This document shows, in pieces, positions 1 through 10,186 of a stretch of 64,000 nt of DNA. How positions within the stretch are numbered: position 1 is the first letter of the stretch; each line of letters begins with the position of its first letter. The notes under the pieces were generated by a model. The model was not told the origin of the DNA and made no database searches. It saw only the letters and a program-made list of their open reading frames with translations. The stretch is from Gammaproteobacteria bacterium. Its GTDB lineage: Bacteria; Pseudomonadota; Gammaproteobacteria; JABABF01. Position numbers and translations under genes: made by a program. The stretch covers positions 512,001 through 576,000 of the forward strand of contig OZ250153.1 in NCBI GenBank assembly GCA_965237805.1, written 5' to 3'.

Positions 1-1
1 C

Positions 2-757
2 GCACGCCGTGAGGAAACGGTGGCGGACATCGTCACCCAATACCCCGAACTGGCCACCTCCACAACGCTGGATGTCACCGAGCCCGCGCAGATCGCCGCG
101 GCCGTAGACCTCGCCATCCGGCACTTCGGCCAGCTCGATGTACTGGTCAACAATGCTGGCTACGGCTATCTGGCCGCCATTGAGGAGGGCGACGAGGCCG
201 AGGTGCGGGCCATGTTCGAGACCAACTTCTTCGGCCTGCTGGCGATGACCAAGGCCGTGCTGCCACATATGCGCGCGCAGCGCTCGGGCACCATCATCAA
301 CATCTCCTCACAGGCCGGGCTGATCGCCAACCCCACCACTGGCTATTACAGCAGTAGCAAATACGCGGTCGAGGCACTGAGCGAGTCGCTGGGCAAGGAG
401 GTGGCCGCGCTGGGCATCCATGTCTGCGCTGTGGAGCCGGGCCTGTTCAAAACCGATTGGACGGGGCGCTCGATGAAGCTGGTCTCAAACCCGATCCCCG
501 ACTACGCTGAGGTCGCTGGCACCCGCCGCGAGATGATCGTCGGCATGAACGGCAAGGAGCCGGGCGATCCCAAAAAAGCGGCCGCCGCCATCCTGATGCT
601 GGGCGAGAGCGACTCGCCGCCACCGCAGCTGTTGCTGGGGCGCATGGTGCTGGACGCCTACCGCGACAAACTCGCCACCGCCCACCAACGGCTCGACGAA
701 TGGGAACAGCTGAGCTTGGATGCGGATTTTCCAGACTGCCAGCAACAGCCCAGCTGA
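2..757 (+). CDS. Classical short-chain dehydrogenase/reductase, 5' end truncated by window edge
   Basis: LDV, VLVNNAG, NISS, YSSSK motifs; frame is open to the window start (ARREETVADIV) and the TGxxxGxG motif is missing, so the start lies upstream. Confidence 0.9.
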   Translation, partial: ARREETVADIVTQYPELATSTTLDVTEPAQIAAAVDLAIRHFGQLDVLVNNAGYGYLAAIEEGDEAEVRAMFETNFFGLLAMTKAVLPHMRAQRSGTIINISSQAGLIANPTTGYYSSSKYAVEALSESLGKEVAALGIHVCAVEPGLFKTDWTGRSMKLVSNPIPDYAEVAGTRREMIVGMNGKEPGDPKKAAAAILMLGESDSPPPQLLLGRMVLDAYRDKLATAHQRLDEWEQLSLDADFPDCQQQPS

Positions 758-785
758 ATCCAGCAGCTGGCGGCGCTGCTCCCTA

Positions 786-1769
786 TCAGTCGCGCAGCTC
801 GCCGAGGTATGCCAGCAACAGCCGGTTGAGCTCGGCAGACTTTTCCAGCTGTACCATGTGGCCACCGTCCGCGATCATGTCAACGCGGCGCGTATCGGGA
901 AATTGCCGGCGGAACAGCTGGATCGGATCCGCGCCGTGGAAGCCCTCCAAGTCGGCATCGCGCTCGCTGCCGATGAAGTAGGCCGGCACCGGGCTGGTCT
1001 TGCCCTCATAGGGGCGGCGCTGCTCCCATTTCAGATCCATTGAGCGGTACCAGTTGAGGCCACCAGTGAAGCCGCTGCGCGCGTATTCGTTGACGAAGAA
1101 CTCCAGCTCCAGCTCGCTGAGCCAGCTCCACGGCAACGGCGGCGGCTCGGGTAGCGCTGCCAAGTACGGCGTGCCGGGGGGGTGTTTCCAGACATCCAAG
1201 TAGTGGTAGTCACCGCTCAGAGCGTAGAACACCTTGCTGAGGAACTCCCGCGGGCTGGCATCCAGCGCGGCATCGGCTGGCCCCACCGGGCGGAAGTACT
1301 CGATGTGCACAAAGTGCTGCTCAGCCAGCTCGGCGTACTCGACCAGCGGCGGCTTGTCGGGATTATGCGGGGCGGCAGGGTTCTCCAAGCCGATCACGCC
1401 CAGCACCTTGTCGGGGTGGCGCATGGCGAAGTCATAAACGGCAAAAGCACCGAAATCCAAGCCGACAAAGACCGCCTTCTCCTCGCCAGCGTGCGCCAAC
1501 AGGCCGAGCAGATCTAAAGTCACGGCATCGACCCCGTAGCCAGCGGCATCAAGCGGCCCCTCGCTCTGACCCATGCCGCGCATATCCGGGGCGATGGCTC
1601 GGTAGCCAGCCCCGGCCAGCGCATGCATCTGACGGTGCCAGCTGAACCAAATATGCGGGAAGCCGTGGCAGAACACCACCGGCATGCCCTCCCCCCGTGC
1701 GGCACCTTCTTCTACATAGTGCATCGGGATGCCGTTGATGTCGGCGTGATGATGTGTCCAATTGGCCAT
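786..1769 (-). CDS. Alpha/beta hydrolase, soluble epoxide hydrolase (EphA-like)
   Basis: HGFP oxyanion motif, APDMRGMG, nucleophile elbow GLDFG, GGLNWYR, C-terminal GGH. Confidence 0.88.
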   Translation of the reverse strand: MANWTHHHADINGIPMHYVEEGAARGEGMPVVFCHGFPHIWFSWHRQMHALAGAGYRAIAPDMRGMGQSEGPLDAAGYGVDAVTLDLLGLLAHAGEEKAVFVGLDFGAFAVYDFAMRHPDKVLGVIGLENPAAPHNPDKPPLVEYAELAEQHFVHIEYFRPVGPADAALDASPREFLSKVFYALSGDYHYLDVWKHPPGTPYLAALPEPPPLPWSWLSELELEFFVNEYARSGFTGGLNWYRSMDLKWEQRRPYEGKTSPVPAYFIGSERDADLEGFHGADPIQLFRRQFPDTRRVDMIADGGHMVQLEKSAELNRLLLAYLGELRD

Positions 1770-2075
1770 TGGCGTACCCGCTGTGGCGGGAGGTCGATCG
1801 CTTGCGGCTCAATATATCAGAAGTGACCAGCGTGCCGGACCGCGGATAGACGCTGAGGAAATGGCCATATAGGCCGTGCGGGTGCCGGAGCCTGCGCTGA
1901 GGGTCGCGCCAATGGCGACAGCGCGCCAGCGCTGGATCGATGCCCCAACCGTCATGGCCACTCAGCGCCCGCGCACAGCTCGGTGGCATGGCCGAGGCCT
2001 GCTCAGGAGCGCCCATCGCAAAGACAGCGACCGATCACACCAAGCCCCCGTCTATTTGGGCATAATGGGCTGAGC

Positions 2076-2762
2076 ATGAAAGCCTTGATCCACTTGGTGC
2101 CGCGTTGTGGGAATCACTCTGAGTCGGCCTTCGAGCAGCGCTTTACCGAGCTCTGCGCCGAGCTGCGCGGGGCGGCTCCGACCGGGGTGCGCGTCCACGC
2201 CATGCGGCGCATCGCGATGGAACAGGCACCGATCGGCCCCGACACGCCCTACCAAGGCACACTGGAGTTGCTCGGCGCAGGCGGCCCCGAGAACTTCGCC
2301 CCACTACTCGACGGGCTGGGCGAGCACATTGAGGCGTGGTGTCTGTCCGATGCCTGCACCCTACTGCTGGGCGAAGACCATGCCCTGCGCCCCAGCGAGC
2401 AGGCACCGATACGCTACCAATACCTGATGCGCCGCAACGGCCACTTCAGCCGCCAGCAATACCTCAGCCGCTACCTTGAAGTGCACGCGCGCTTCGGCGT
2501 CGAGTGCCCGGGCATCGTCGGCTATGTACAGTTCCATGTCGATGCCGATGCCTCGCGGCGCTGGGCGGCGCGGGCCGCTCTCGGCCTGTGGGGCGTGGAC
2601 AGTGTCTCCGAGCTGCACATCGCCTCGCTGGAGCTGTTCTTCGCCGAGACGATGACATCGGAGCTCGGTCGTGAGGCGCTGGCGGACGAGGAACTCTTCG
2701 TCGACCGCAGCCACTCACAGGATTTCATTTCCACCATGGATTGGCAGCAGGCCCCCAGCTGA
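2076..2762 (+). CDS. EthD-like two-domain protein
   Basis: C-terminal YLMRR...YL..H...GYVQFH...DSVSEL...ADEELFVD pattern; ATG at 2076 preferred over the longer ORF. Confidence 0.7.
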   Translation: MKALIHLVPRCGNHSESAFEQRFTELCAELRGAAPTGVRVHAMRRIAMEQAPIGPDTPYQGTLELLGAGGPENFAPLLDGLGEHIEAWCLSDACTLLLGEDHALRPSEQAPIRYQYLMRRNGHFSRQQYLSRYLEVHARFGVECPGIVGYVQFHVDADASRRWAARAALGLWGVDSVSELHIASLELFFAETMTSELGREALADEELFVDRSHSQDFISTMDWQQAPS

Positions 2763-2789
2763 GGCGGCGCAGCGACGACGAGGATCATC

Positions 2790-3683
2790 ATGCTCTCTCC
2801 TGACTTCAAGCAGAAATACGGCCCGTGGGCGGTCATCGCCGGTGGCTCGGACGGTATCGGCGCGGCCTTCGCCGAGCAGCTGGCCGCCGCCGGCATCCAC
2901 ATCGCATTGCTGGCGCGACGCGAAGAAGTGTTGCGCGAATGCGCCGCTGGCCTGCGCGCGCGCCACGGTGTTCACACGCACACGGTGTCGGTGGATCTCG
3001 CCGCCCCGGATATGGGCGAGCGCATCGCCGCCGCCACCGCCGAGCTCGAGCTCGGCTTGCTGATCTACAACGCCGGCGCATCGACCCACGCCAAGCGCTT
3101 CCTCGACCAGCCGCTGGCCGACTCCGAGTACATGGTGGCACTGAACTGCACTGGGCCGATCAAACTCGCGCACCACTTTGGCGGCCTGATGCGTCCACGA
3201 CGGCGCGGCGGCATGATCTTCCTCAGCTCGATGGCCGGACTGGCTGGCTGCGCCTATGAAGTCGCTTACTCGGCGGGCAAAGCCTTCGACAAGATCTTCG
3301 CAGAGGCGCTGTGGGCCGATCTGCAAGCCGACGGCATCGATGCCTTGGGACTCATCGTCGGCGCCACTTTCACCCCCTCGCACGAGCGCGCGGATGTCAA
3401 CTTTGCCGTGCTGAACCCCGACAATCCGGCCAAGGCCGCCATGCAACCGGCAGCGGTGGCCAGCGAGGGCTTGGCGCACTTGGGCAGGACACCAGTGTGG
3501 GTGGCTGGCGCGGGCAACCGCGCCAGCTTTCCCTTCATGAACGGTGCCGACCGCAGCGCCGCCATCAACGCCATGAGCCAGGGCACCGCGATGATCCATG
3601 GCTTGGAGCACAGCGCCGCTACCGCCTTGGAGCCGCTGTTGGCCGACGCGCCGCCGACCACGCCGCCCGACTGGAGCGGCTGA
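2790..3683 (+). CDS. SDR (17beta-HSD/DltE-like subfamily)
   Basis: KYGPWAVIAGGSDGIG, YNAG, LSS, YSAGK; RBS GAGGA upstream. Confidence 0.9.
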   Translation: MLSPDFKQKYGPWAVIAGGSDGIGAAFAEQLAAAGIHIALLARREEVLRECAAGLRARHGVHTHTVSVDLAAPDMGERIAAATAELELGLLIYNAGASTHAKRFLDQPLADSEYMVALNCTGPIKLAHHFGGLMRPRRRGGMIFLSSMAGLAGCAYEVAYSAGKAFDKIFAEALWADLQADGIDALGLIVGATFTPSHERADVNFAVLNPDNPAKAAMQPAAVASEGLAHLGRTPVWVAGAGNRASFPFMNGADRSAAINAMSQGTAMIHGLEHSAATALEPLLADAPPTTPPDWSG

Positions 3684-3829
3684 GGCGAGTCGGGCCGAAG
3701 CGGAGTCGGCCGAGCCCGCCATCGCAGAGTATCATTGCCGACAGACAGGGCGGCTGTGGCGGGCATCCGCCTCTTTAAGGCATCCTGTAAAGCGCTGAAC
3801 ACACTGAAGACGATACAGCCAGCCGCAAG

Positions 3830-5008
3830 ATGACAGTCCGCCCCGATATAAAACCCGCCATGCTGCGCTGGGCCCGGAAGCGTGCCCGGATAGGGGCGTC
3901 TGAGCTTGCTCACAAGTTTGGCAAGCTGAAGGCATGGGAGTCGGGAGAGGTGATCCCCACATTGCGCCAGCTGGAGCAATTCGCCAATGCCGTGCACGTG
4001 CCGGTCGGCTATCTGTTCCTGCCCACACCACCGGAAGAGGCATTGCCGATCGCCGATTTCCGCACCATGGCGGGACGTCCCTTGTCCCGGCCCAGCCCCA
4101 ATCTGCTTGATACGCTCTACCTGTGCCAGGAACGGCAAGCTTGGTACCGCGAGTTCGCTCTGACGACGCAGCAACCCAAGCGGCGCTTCGTCGGTAGCGC
4201 CACGACTGCAGCATCGGCAGTGAAAATCGCACGGGCTATGAGTCAAGAGCTTGGGTTCAACCTCACCGCGCGCATGGAATGCACAACTTGGGAGGAGGCG
4301 TTGCGGATGTTCATCCGCAACGCTGACCAAGCCGGAGCGCTGGTGATGATTTCCGGTGTTGTGTCGACGCAAAACCGCCGCCAGCTGGATCCAGAGGAGT
4401 TCCGCGGCTTCGCATTGGCTGACCCCCATGCGCCGCTGGTCTTCATCAACGGTGCGGACACCAAATCTGGCCAGATGTTTACGCTGGCGCACGAGCTGGC
4501 ACACCTGTGGCTGGGCAGCTCGGCACTGTCCAGCGCGGGCACAGCGCCAGCATCAGCACCAACAGAAGAAGTCTGGTGCAACAAAGTGGCAGCAGAACTG
4601 CTCGTACCGCTGGATGCCTTGCGAGGGGCACTCAGGCAGGATGAGGATCCAGATAACGCAATGCGGCGGCTTGCAAGGGGCTTCAAGGTCAGCACCTTGG
4701 TGATTCTGCGACGGTTGCTCGATGCGCAAGTGCTCAATCGCACCGACTTCGATACGAAATGGCAAGCCGAAAGTGAACTCCTACGAAACAAAATGGCGGG
4801 GAAAGGAAAGTCGGGCGGAGATTTCTATCGCACCACTTGGAGCCGTGCCGGTCTACGATTCACAAGCGCGCTGGTCAGAAGCACACTCGAAGGCCATACG
4901 CTCTACCGTGATGCCTTCCGTATGCTGGGCGTGGCTAAGGCTGAGACATTACACAAAATGGAGGGGAAATTAGAGGGTAGGCAACGGGCATTAGAAGGCC
5001 GGCCATGA
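3830..5008 (+). CDS. XRE-HTH plus ImmA/IrrE-family zinc metallopeptidase
   Basis: N-terminal LRWAR...WESGEVIPTLRQLEQFA HTH; EFRGFAL, FTLAHELAHLWLG (HExxH), EVWCNKVAAELL. Confidence 0.9.
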   Translation: MTVRPDIKPAMLRWARKRARIGASELAHKFGKLKAWESGEVIPTLRQLEQFANAVHVPVGYLFLPTPPEEALPIADFRTMAGRPLSRPSPNLLDTLYLCQERQAWYREFALTTQQPKRRFVGSATTAASAVKIARAMSQELGFNLTARMECTTWEEALRMFIRNADQAGALVMISGVVSTQNRRQLDPEEFRGFALADPHAPLVFINGADTKSGQMFTLAHELAHLWLGSSALSSAGTAPASAPTEEVWCNKVAAELLVPLDALRGALRQDEDPDNAMRRLARGFKVSTLVILRRLLDAQVLNRTDFDTKWQAESELLRNKMAGKGKSGGDFYRTTWSRAGLRFTSALVRSTLEGHTLYRDAFRMLGVAKAETLHKMEGKLEGRQRALEGRP

Positions 5009-5486
5009 CCCGATACCTGCTCGACACCAATGTATTTATAGAAGCCAAGAACAGGTATTACAGCTTCGACATCTGCCCTGCTTTCTGGGGCTGGCTGGCA
5101 GCCGCAAGCAAAACAAAAACTGTCGCCAGCATCAAGCGGTTTTCTGGGAATTGCAGCAAGGTGATGACTGGCTTGCTCAGTGGACGAAGAATCACAAAAA
5201 ATTGTTCTTGAGAATAGACAACGCAACCACAAAGCAATGCGGTCAGATCATCTCTTGGGCTATAGACAACTACAATCAAGAAGCCCACAATAAATTTGCC
5301 ACTAGTGCAGACTCTTTGCTAGTGTCCTATGCGCTAGCACATGACTACACGGTCGTCACCCAAGAGAAGCCGGGCAAGCGCAAGGAGATCAAGATCCCTG
5401 ATGTCTGCAAAAAATATGGCATCAGATACATGGATACATTTCAGATGCTTGAACGCGAAGACGTGCGCTTCGTACTGGACAGATAA
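5005..5486 (+). pseudogene. DUF4411 PIN-domain protein split by a 1-nt frameshift near 5131-5150
   Basis: ORF 5005 gives YLLDTNVFIEAKNRYYSFDICPAFW; ORF 5151 gives ELQQGDDWLAQW...ADSLLVSYA...VVTQE...IKIPDVC; ATGA overlap with the upstream gene. Confidence 0.82.
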
Positions 5487-5560
5487 TGCACCGCGATGAG
5501 ATATTCGAACAACGTGGCGGGCAGCAGGGCATGTCGCCTAACCGAGGCCGCTGACTAAGC

Positions 5561-6181
5561 ATGGGCTTCTACAGCAGCCATGTGCTGCCCAAGCTGCTGA
5601 CTTGGGCCATGTCGCAGGAGGCTTTCGCCGAGCAACGGGCCACGCTGTGCCCGCAGGCGCAGGGTACGGTGCTGGAAATCGGCTTCGGTAGCGGCCTCAA
5701 CGCGCCCTTCTACCAGAACATCGAGCGGCTGTTGTCCGTCGAGCCAGCGCGCGAGCTGCTCGACATCTTCATCGCCTCCGGCATCGGCAGCGAGGCCCGC
5801 CACCCGATCACCCTGCTACAGGCCAGCGCTGAGCAGCTGCCACTGGCGGCGGACTGCGTGGACACCATCGTCATGAGTTGGACCCTGTGCTCTATCCCCA
5901 ATCCGGCGCTGGCAGTGGCGGAAATGGCGCGGGTACTGCGGGGCGGCGGCAAACTGCTGTTCATTGAGCACGGCCTGTCGGACTCCCCCCGCACCCGACG
6001 CTGGCAGCGGCGGCTGACCCCGCTGTGGCGGCGGGTGGGCGGCGGCTGCCACTTAGATCGGGCAGTGGACCAATTGCTCGAACAACACGGCTTCACGATT
6101 TTGACGCTGCGCCGATGGGAACTGCCGGACTTCCCCAGCATCTTCAGCCATCAATACTGCGGGGTGGCATCAAAGCCCTGA
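5561..6181 (+). CDS. Class I SAM-dependent methyltransferase (METTL7/PmtA-like)
   Basis: VLEIGFGSGLN, WTLCSIP, LLFIEHG, GGCHLDR. Confidence 0.88.
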   Translation: MGFYSSHVLPKLLTWAMSQEAFAEQRATLCPQAQGTVLEIGFGSGLNAPFYQNIERLLSVEPARELLDIFIASGIGSEARHPITLLQASAEQLPLAADCVDTIVMSWTLCSIPNPALAVAEMARVLRGGGKLLFIEHGLSDSPRTRRWQRRLTPLWRRVGGGCHLDRAVDQLLEQHGFTILTLRRWELPDFPSIFSHQYCGVASKP

Positions 6182-6240
6182 TGCGCTGAGGGCGGGTTCA
6201 GCGCGACCCAGCCCAGAGAGCAAGCCCAAGTGAGCGCCGC

Positions 6241-7020
6241 TCAGCCCAGCCCGACCATCTTGCAGTTGGCACCACCATCCACCCCTAGGGACTGGCCGGT
6301 GACAAAAGATGCGTCGTCGGAGCACAGCCAGGCCACCGCCGCTGCCAACTCCTCCGGCTTGCCCATACGATGCATCGCCGAATTGGCGACCAGCGAGCGC
6401 TCCAGCTCCGGCTTGCCCTCGACATAGCTCGCCACCGCCTCGGTGCGGGTAACCCCTGGGTTGACGCAATTGACGCGCACACCGAAGCGCGCGTACTCCC
6501 CGGCCGCCGAGCGCGTCAGGCTGTTGACGCCAGCCTTGAAGGCGGCGTAGGGGGAATTGAAAGGCACTGGCTGGACGCTGGCACGCGAACCGATATTGAC
6601 GATGGCACCACCACCCGCCTCACGCATCACAGCCAGCTCGTATTTCAAACACAGGAAGACCCCCTCCAAGCAGATGTTTGCGCCGTGGCGGAACTGCTCC
6701 ATGTCGTATTTTTCCAGCAGAGTGTCGCCGCGGGCGAGGGCGGCGTTGTTGGAGGCGATGTGCAGAGCGCCGAAATGCGACATCGTCTCGGCGACCATCG
6801 CCTCGACCTGCGCCTCATTGCCGACATCGGTAGCGACAAAATGCGCAGCGCCACCGGCGGCCTGCACCGCCGCCACCGTGGCCTGCCCCCCATCCTCGTT
6901 GCAATCGGCCACCACCACCTTGGCCCCCTCGGCGGCAAACTTCATGCAGGTGGCGCGACCGATGCCGCTACCCCCACCGGTCACAATGCCGACTTTGCCT
7001 GCCAATATCTTCCCAGCCAT
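6241..7020 (-). CDS. SDR (cyclohexanol/glucose dehydrogenase-like)
   Basis: TGGGSGIG, NNAA, YAAFK, VDGG; RBS AGGAG. Confidence 0.92.
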   Translation of the reverse strand: MAGKILAGKVGIVTGGGSGIGRATCMKFAAEGAKVVVADCNEDGGQATVAAVQAAGGAAHFVATDVGNEAQVEAMVAETMSHFGALHIASNNAALARGDTLLEKYDMEQFRHGANICLEGVFLCLKYELAVMREAGGGAIVNIGSRASVQPVPFNSPYAAFKAGVNSLTRSAAGEYARFGVRVNCVNPGVTRTEAVASYVEGKPELERSLVANSAMHRMGKPEELAAAVAWLCSDDASFVTGQSLGVDGGANCKMVGLG

Positions 7021-7129
7021 GATTGAACTCCTGTTGCGAGGCCTATAGTGCGTTGTGCAGCGCTATTTTACCTCCCACCTACCCGGCAGGGGATCGAGCG
7101 ATAGCCCACAACTGCTGCCAGAGCAGGGC

Positions 7130-7158
7130 TTGACAAGGCCGGAAAAGCGTAGTATGGT
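7130..7158 (+). promoter_or_regulatory. Putative sigma70 promoter of the TonB-dependent receptor
   Basis: TTGACA (7130-7135), 17-nt spacer, TATGGT (7153-7158). Confidence 0.6.
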
Positions 7159-7311
7159 GCCTCCACATCATTAGAAATATGTGTGTTTCATGCCCAAAGG
7201 CAGCTGACAATTCAATCGTCATGCTGATTTGCCTTTAGGCGAAACTGGGCAGCGTTCAGCCGCCCCGAAGCAATACATAATCAGTATGCCTGTTCATCAG
7301 GGGGGAATCCA

Positions 7312-10083
7312 ATGAACATTAGCCGCTATAGCACAATCAGCCTCAGCCTCATTGCTCTGGCGCTCTCTTTCAGCACATTGCTCATGCCCTCCGGAAGCAT
7401 GGCGCAGGCACTGGAAGAAGTCCTCGTCACCGCGCAGAAGAGAGAAGAGAATCTGCAGGATGTGCCGATCTCGATCTCCGCCTTTACCGAAGAGGCCTTG
7501 GAGACACTGCGTATCAACGACATCAGTGACATCGGCCAATTCACTCCGGGGCTGTTCAGCGTCCCCGCCCCCACCGACCCCTCCGGTTCGCGCCTGACAC
7601 TGCGCGGTCTCGTGGTCAACAACACCGATATCGGTGTCGACAACAAAGTGGCCATCTACCAAGATGGCATCTATGTCGGCAAATCGGTCGGCACCAGCTT
7701 TGACTTGGCCGACTTGGAACGGGTCGAGATCCTCAAGGGGCCGCAGGGCACTCTCTACGGTCGCAACGCCAGCGCTGGGGCCATCAACCTGATCTCCAAA
7801 AGAGCCTCCACCGATGAGAGCGGCGGCCACTTAGACTTCACGATCGGCACCTTTAACGAGTTCAGTTATAAAGGCTCGGTCAATGTGGCCGTCAGCGACC
7901 GCATGGCTTTCAAAGTCTCGGCAGTCGGCAACCAGCGTGCGGGCTGGGTGGAGAACAATGGCCTCGGCAACGACTTCTACGGCTACGACAAGCAGGCTCT
8001 ACGCTTCGACGCCACCATCTTGCCGATGGACAATGTGTCGGTGCACTACTCCTATGAGAAGAGCGACAACGAATTCGAACCCGCCTACTTCCAATCCCTG
8101 CCCTTGGCGACCGCGCTCACGGCCAACTTTGTCAATGGCATCCCCACGAGCATCAGCAGGAAGGATGACATCGTCGCCACTGCGCCGACCGAAACCGGCA
8201 ACTTGGACACCGAGAACCACGCCCTGACCCTGCAGTGGGACTGGTCCGACTCGCATTCCCTCAAAGCCCTGCTCGGCTACCGCTACACCAACAACTCGCG
8301 GACCATCTACTTCTTCCCCGAACTCAATGTCAACGACTTTGCCTTTGGACTCACATGGGGTGGGAGCGTCTTTCTCATTGACCAACAGTTCTCAGCCTAT
8401 GCTGGTCTTGCTAATGTCAACCTGCGCCCCGGTATCACTGAACTCCTACCGCAGACAACAATTATCGATCTCGGAGGCAGCACCTTCCGGCCTACATTGG
8501 TTACAGGTCAGGTCACTTCTGCCTTCTCGTCCGACGACACCCGCGATGACCTGCACGACAACCGCCAGTACACCATCGAGCTGACCCAGTCAGGGGTGCT
8601 GGACGACCTGTTTGGCTACGGCAGCGTGGATTACACCGCTGGCATCTTCTACCTCAACGAGAACACGGCCAACGCCAACCAGGACTACAGCCAGAGCGCT
8701 GGCAATGTCGGCTTTGAATATCTGGCGCTGGCTGGCTTGGTAGCTGCATTGCCAAAAGCCCTGGCTGCGCAGACAAACGTTCTAAATGCTATGGGAATGC
8801 CTTGCGCTACGGCGGGGGGTACCGGGGCGTGCCTCACAAGCTTGACAGCAGAGCAAATCGCAGGCCTCACCAACATCAACGATGCCGTATTTACAACTGG
8901 CAACCCCGCAACCCAACCTATTGTTGATGGCGTGAGAGCCGCTGTCGTCAACGGTGCGCTGGCAGGCTTCAATGCGACGGGCGCGACAGGGGGCCTGTTC
9001 AGCGGCGACACCGATGCCTTTGCGATATTTGGCCAAGCGACATGGACACCCATCATCCCCGGCATGGAAGTCTTGGAAGATCGTCTACACCTGACCTTGG
9101 GGCTGCGCTACTCCTACGAAGAAAAGAGCGGCAGACTGCAAAAACTGAGCCCGCTCTTCGCCGACCAAACCAACCTCCAAGGCAATGCGATCGCCCTCAT
9201 CTCCAGCGATGACGACTACGACAGCTTTGATCCCAGCTTCAATGTCCGCTACGACATCAACGACGATATGATGGCCTACTTCAGCGTCGGCACCTCTTTC
9301 TTGTCCGGTGGCTACGGTGCCGCTGCTGGCACCTTGGACCAATTCCGCTTCGACCAAGAGAAAATCCTCGCCTACGAGATCGGCTTCAAAGGTGATTTGT
9401 TCGACATCGCACGCCTGAATGCGGCTGTTTTCTTCTATGATGTCAGCGACCAGCAACAGACCGTCTCCCACCCCGTCAACGCCTCCGTCAACGGTGTCGG
9501 CAATACCGATGCCGAAACCAAGGGCTTTGAGGTCGACCTACGGGTGGATGTGCCCTATGTGGAAGGTCTGAGCGCTGGCATTCAGTACGCCTACCTCAAC
9601 TCCAAGCAGGAGAATTTGACCAACCCCTTCGTCGATCCGGGAACAGCAACAGCCGCCAACTGCCCGGATGGCGGCGGTCAACGCATGGTTAGCGCCGACG
9701 GCAACTGCATCGAGTTGCGCCAGAGCTTCGCCGACCCGGAAAACACGCTGTCGGCGAGCGTCGATTACCGTACCGACTTGGACATGCTGGGAGTTCCCGG
9801 CACCCTAGTTGTGCATGTGGGCTACAACTTCATCGATGAAACAAATGTGACCACAAATGTGAGCAAAGATGCCGTCAACTTGGTCGATGCCCGTGTCGCT
9901 CTCAGCGATGTTGCCATTGGCGACGGCATGATGAATGTCGCCTTGTGGGCGCAAAACCTGCTCGACGACAGCTACATCGTCAACCGCATCAACTTCAGCA
10001 CCTCCGCTGGTGGTTTTGCCCATGACATCGTCAACTTCGGTCCTCCGCTGACCGTCGGCTTGGATCTCAAATACAGCTTCTGA
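7312..10083 (+). CDS. TonB-dependent outer membrane receptor
   Basis: Signal peptide, LEEVLVTAQKREENLQDVPISISA, ERVEILKGPQGTLYGRNA plug motif, NLLD, C-terminal YSF. Confidence 0.95.
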   Translation: MNISRYSTISLSLIALALSFSTLLMPSGSMAQALEEVLVTAQKREENLQDVPISISAFTEEALETLRINDISDIGQFTPGLFSVPAPTDPSGSRLTLRGLVVNNTDIGVDNKVAIYQDGIYVGKSVGTSFDLADLERVEILKGPQGTLYGRNASAGAINLISKRASTDESGGHLDFTIGTFNEFSYKGSVNVAVSDRMAFKVSAVGNQRAGWVENNGLGNDFYGYDKQALRFDATILPMDNVSVHYSYEKSDNEFEPAYFQSLPLATALTANFVNGIPTSISRKDDIVATAPTETGNLDTENHALTLQWDWSDSHSLKALLGYRYTNNSRTIYFFPELNVNDFAFGLTWGGSVFLIDQQFSAYAGLANVNLRPGITELLPQTTIIDLGGSTFRPTLVTGQVTSAFSSDDTRDDLHDNRQYTIELTQSGVLDDLFGYGSVDYTAGIFYLNENTANANQDYSQSAGNVGFEYLALAGLVAALPKALAAQTNVLNAMGMPCATAGGTGACLTSLTAEQIAGLTNINDAVFTTGNPATQPIVDGVRAAVVNGALAGFNATGATGGLFSGDTDAFAIFGQATWTPIIPGMEVLEDRLHLTLGLRYSYEEKSGRLQKLSPLFADQTNLQGNAIALISSDDDYDSFDPSFNVRYDINDDMMAYFSVGTSFLSGGYGAAAGTLDQFRFDQEKILAYEIGFKGDLFDIARLNAAVFFYDVSDQQQTVSHPVNASVNGVGNTDAETKGFEVDLRVDVPYVEGLSAGIQYAYLNSKQENLTNPFVDPGTATAANCPDGGGQRMVSADGNCIELRQSFADPENTLSASVDYRTDLDMLGVPGTLVVHVGYNFIDETNVTTNVSKDAVNLVDARVALSDVAIGDGMMNVALWAQNLLDDSYIVNRINFSTSAGGFAHDIVNFGPPLTVGLDLKYSF

Positions 10084-10121
10084 GCCGCTATCACGCCTGA
10101 ACTACAGGCTGGCCAACTAGC

Positions 10122-10161
10122 GCCCGCTCCCGGAACACGATCCGGGGGCGGGCTTTTTTTT
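10122..10161 (+). terminator. Rho-independent terminator after the receptor
   Basis: GCCCGCTCCCGGA-loop-TCCGGGGGCGGGC followed by T8. Confidence 0.88.
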
Positions 10162-10186
10162 GGCACGCATCAGCTGCCCGACTCGG

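Noticed and set aside
3266-4504. 412-aa minus-strand ORF
   Set aside because: Antisense shadow of the SDR and ImmA/IrrE genes; no motifs.
5131-5150. Canonical programmed -1 frameshift site in DUF4411
   Set aside because: No in-frame X XXY YYZ heptamer; kept only as an unexplained frameshift.
7160-7311. Cobalamin or TPP riboswitch before the receptor
   Set aside because: Core consensus elements (GGGAA...GCCACTG; CTGAGA) not present.
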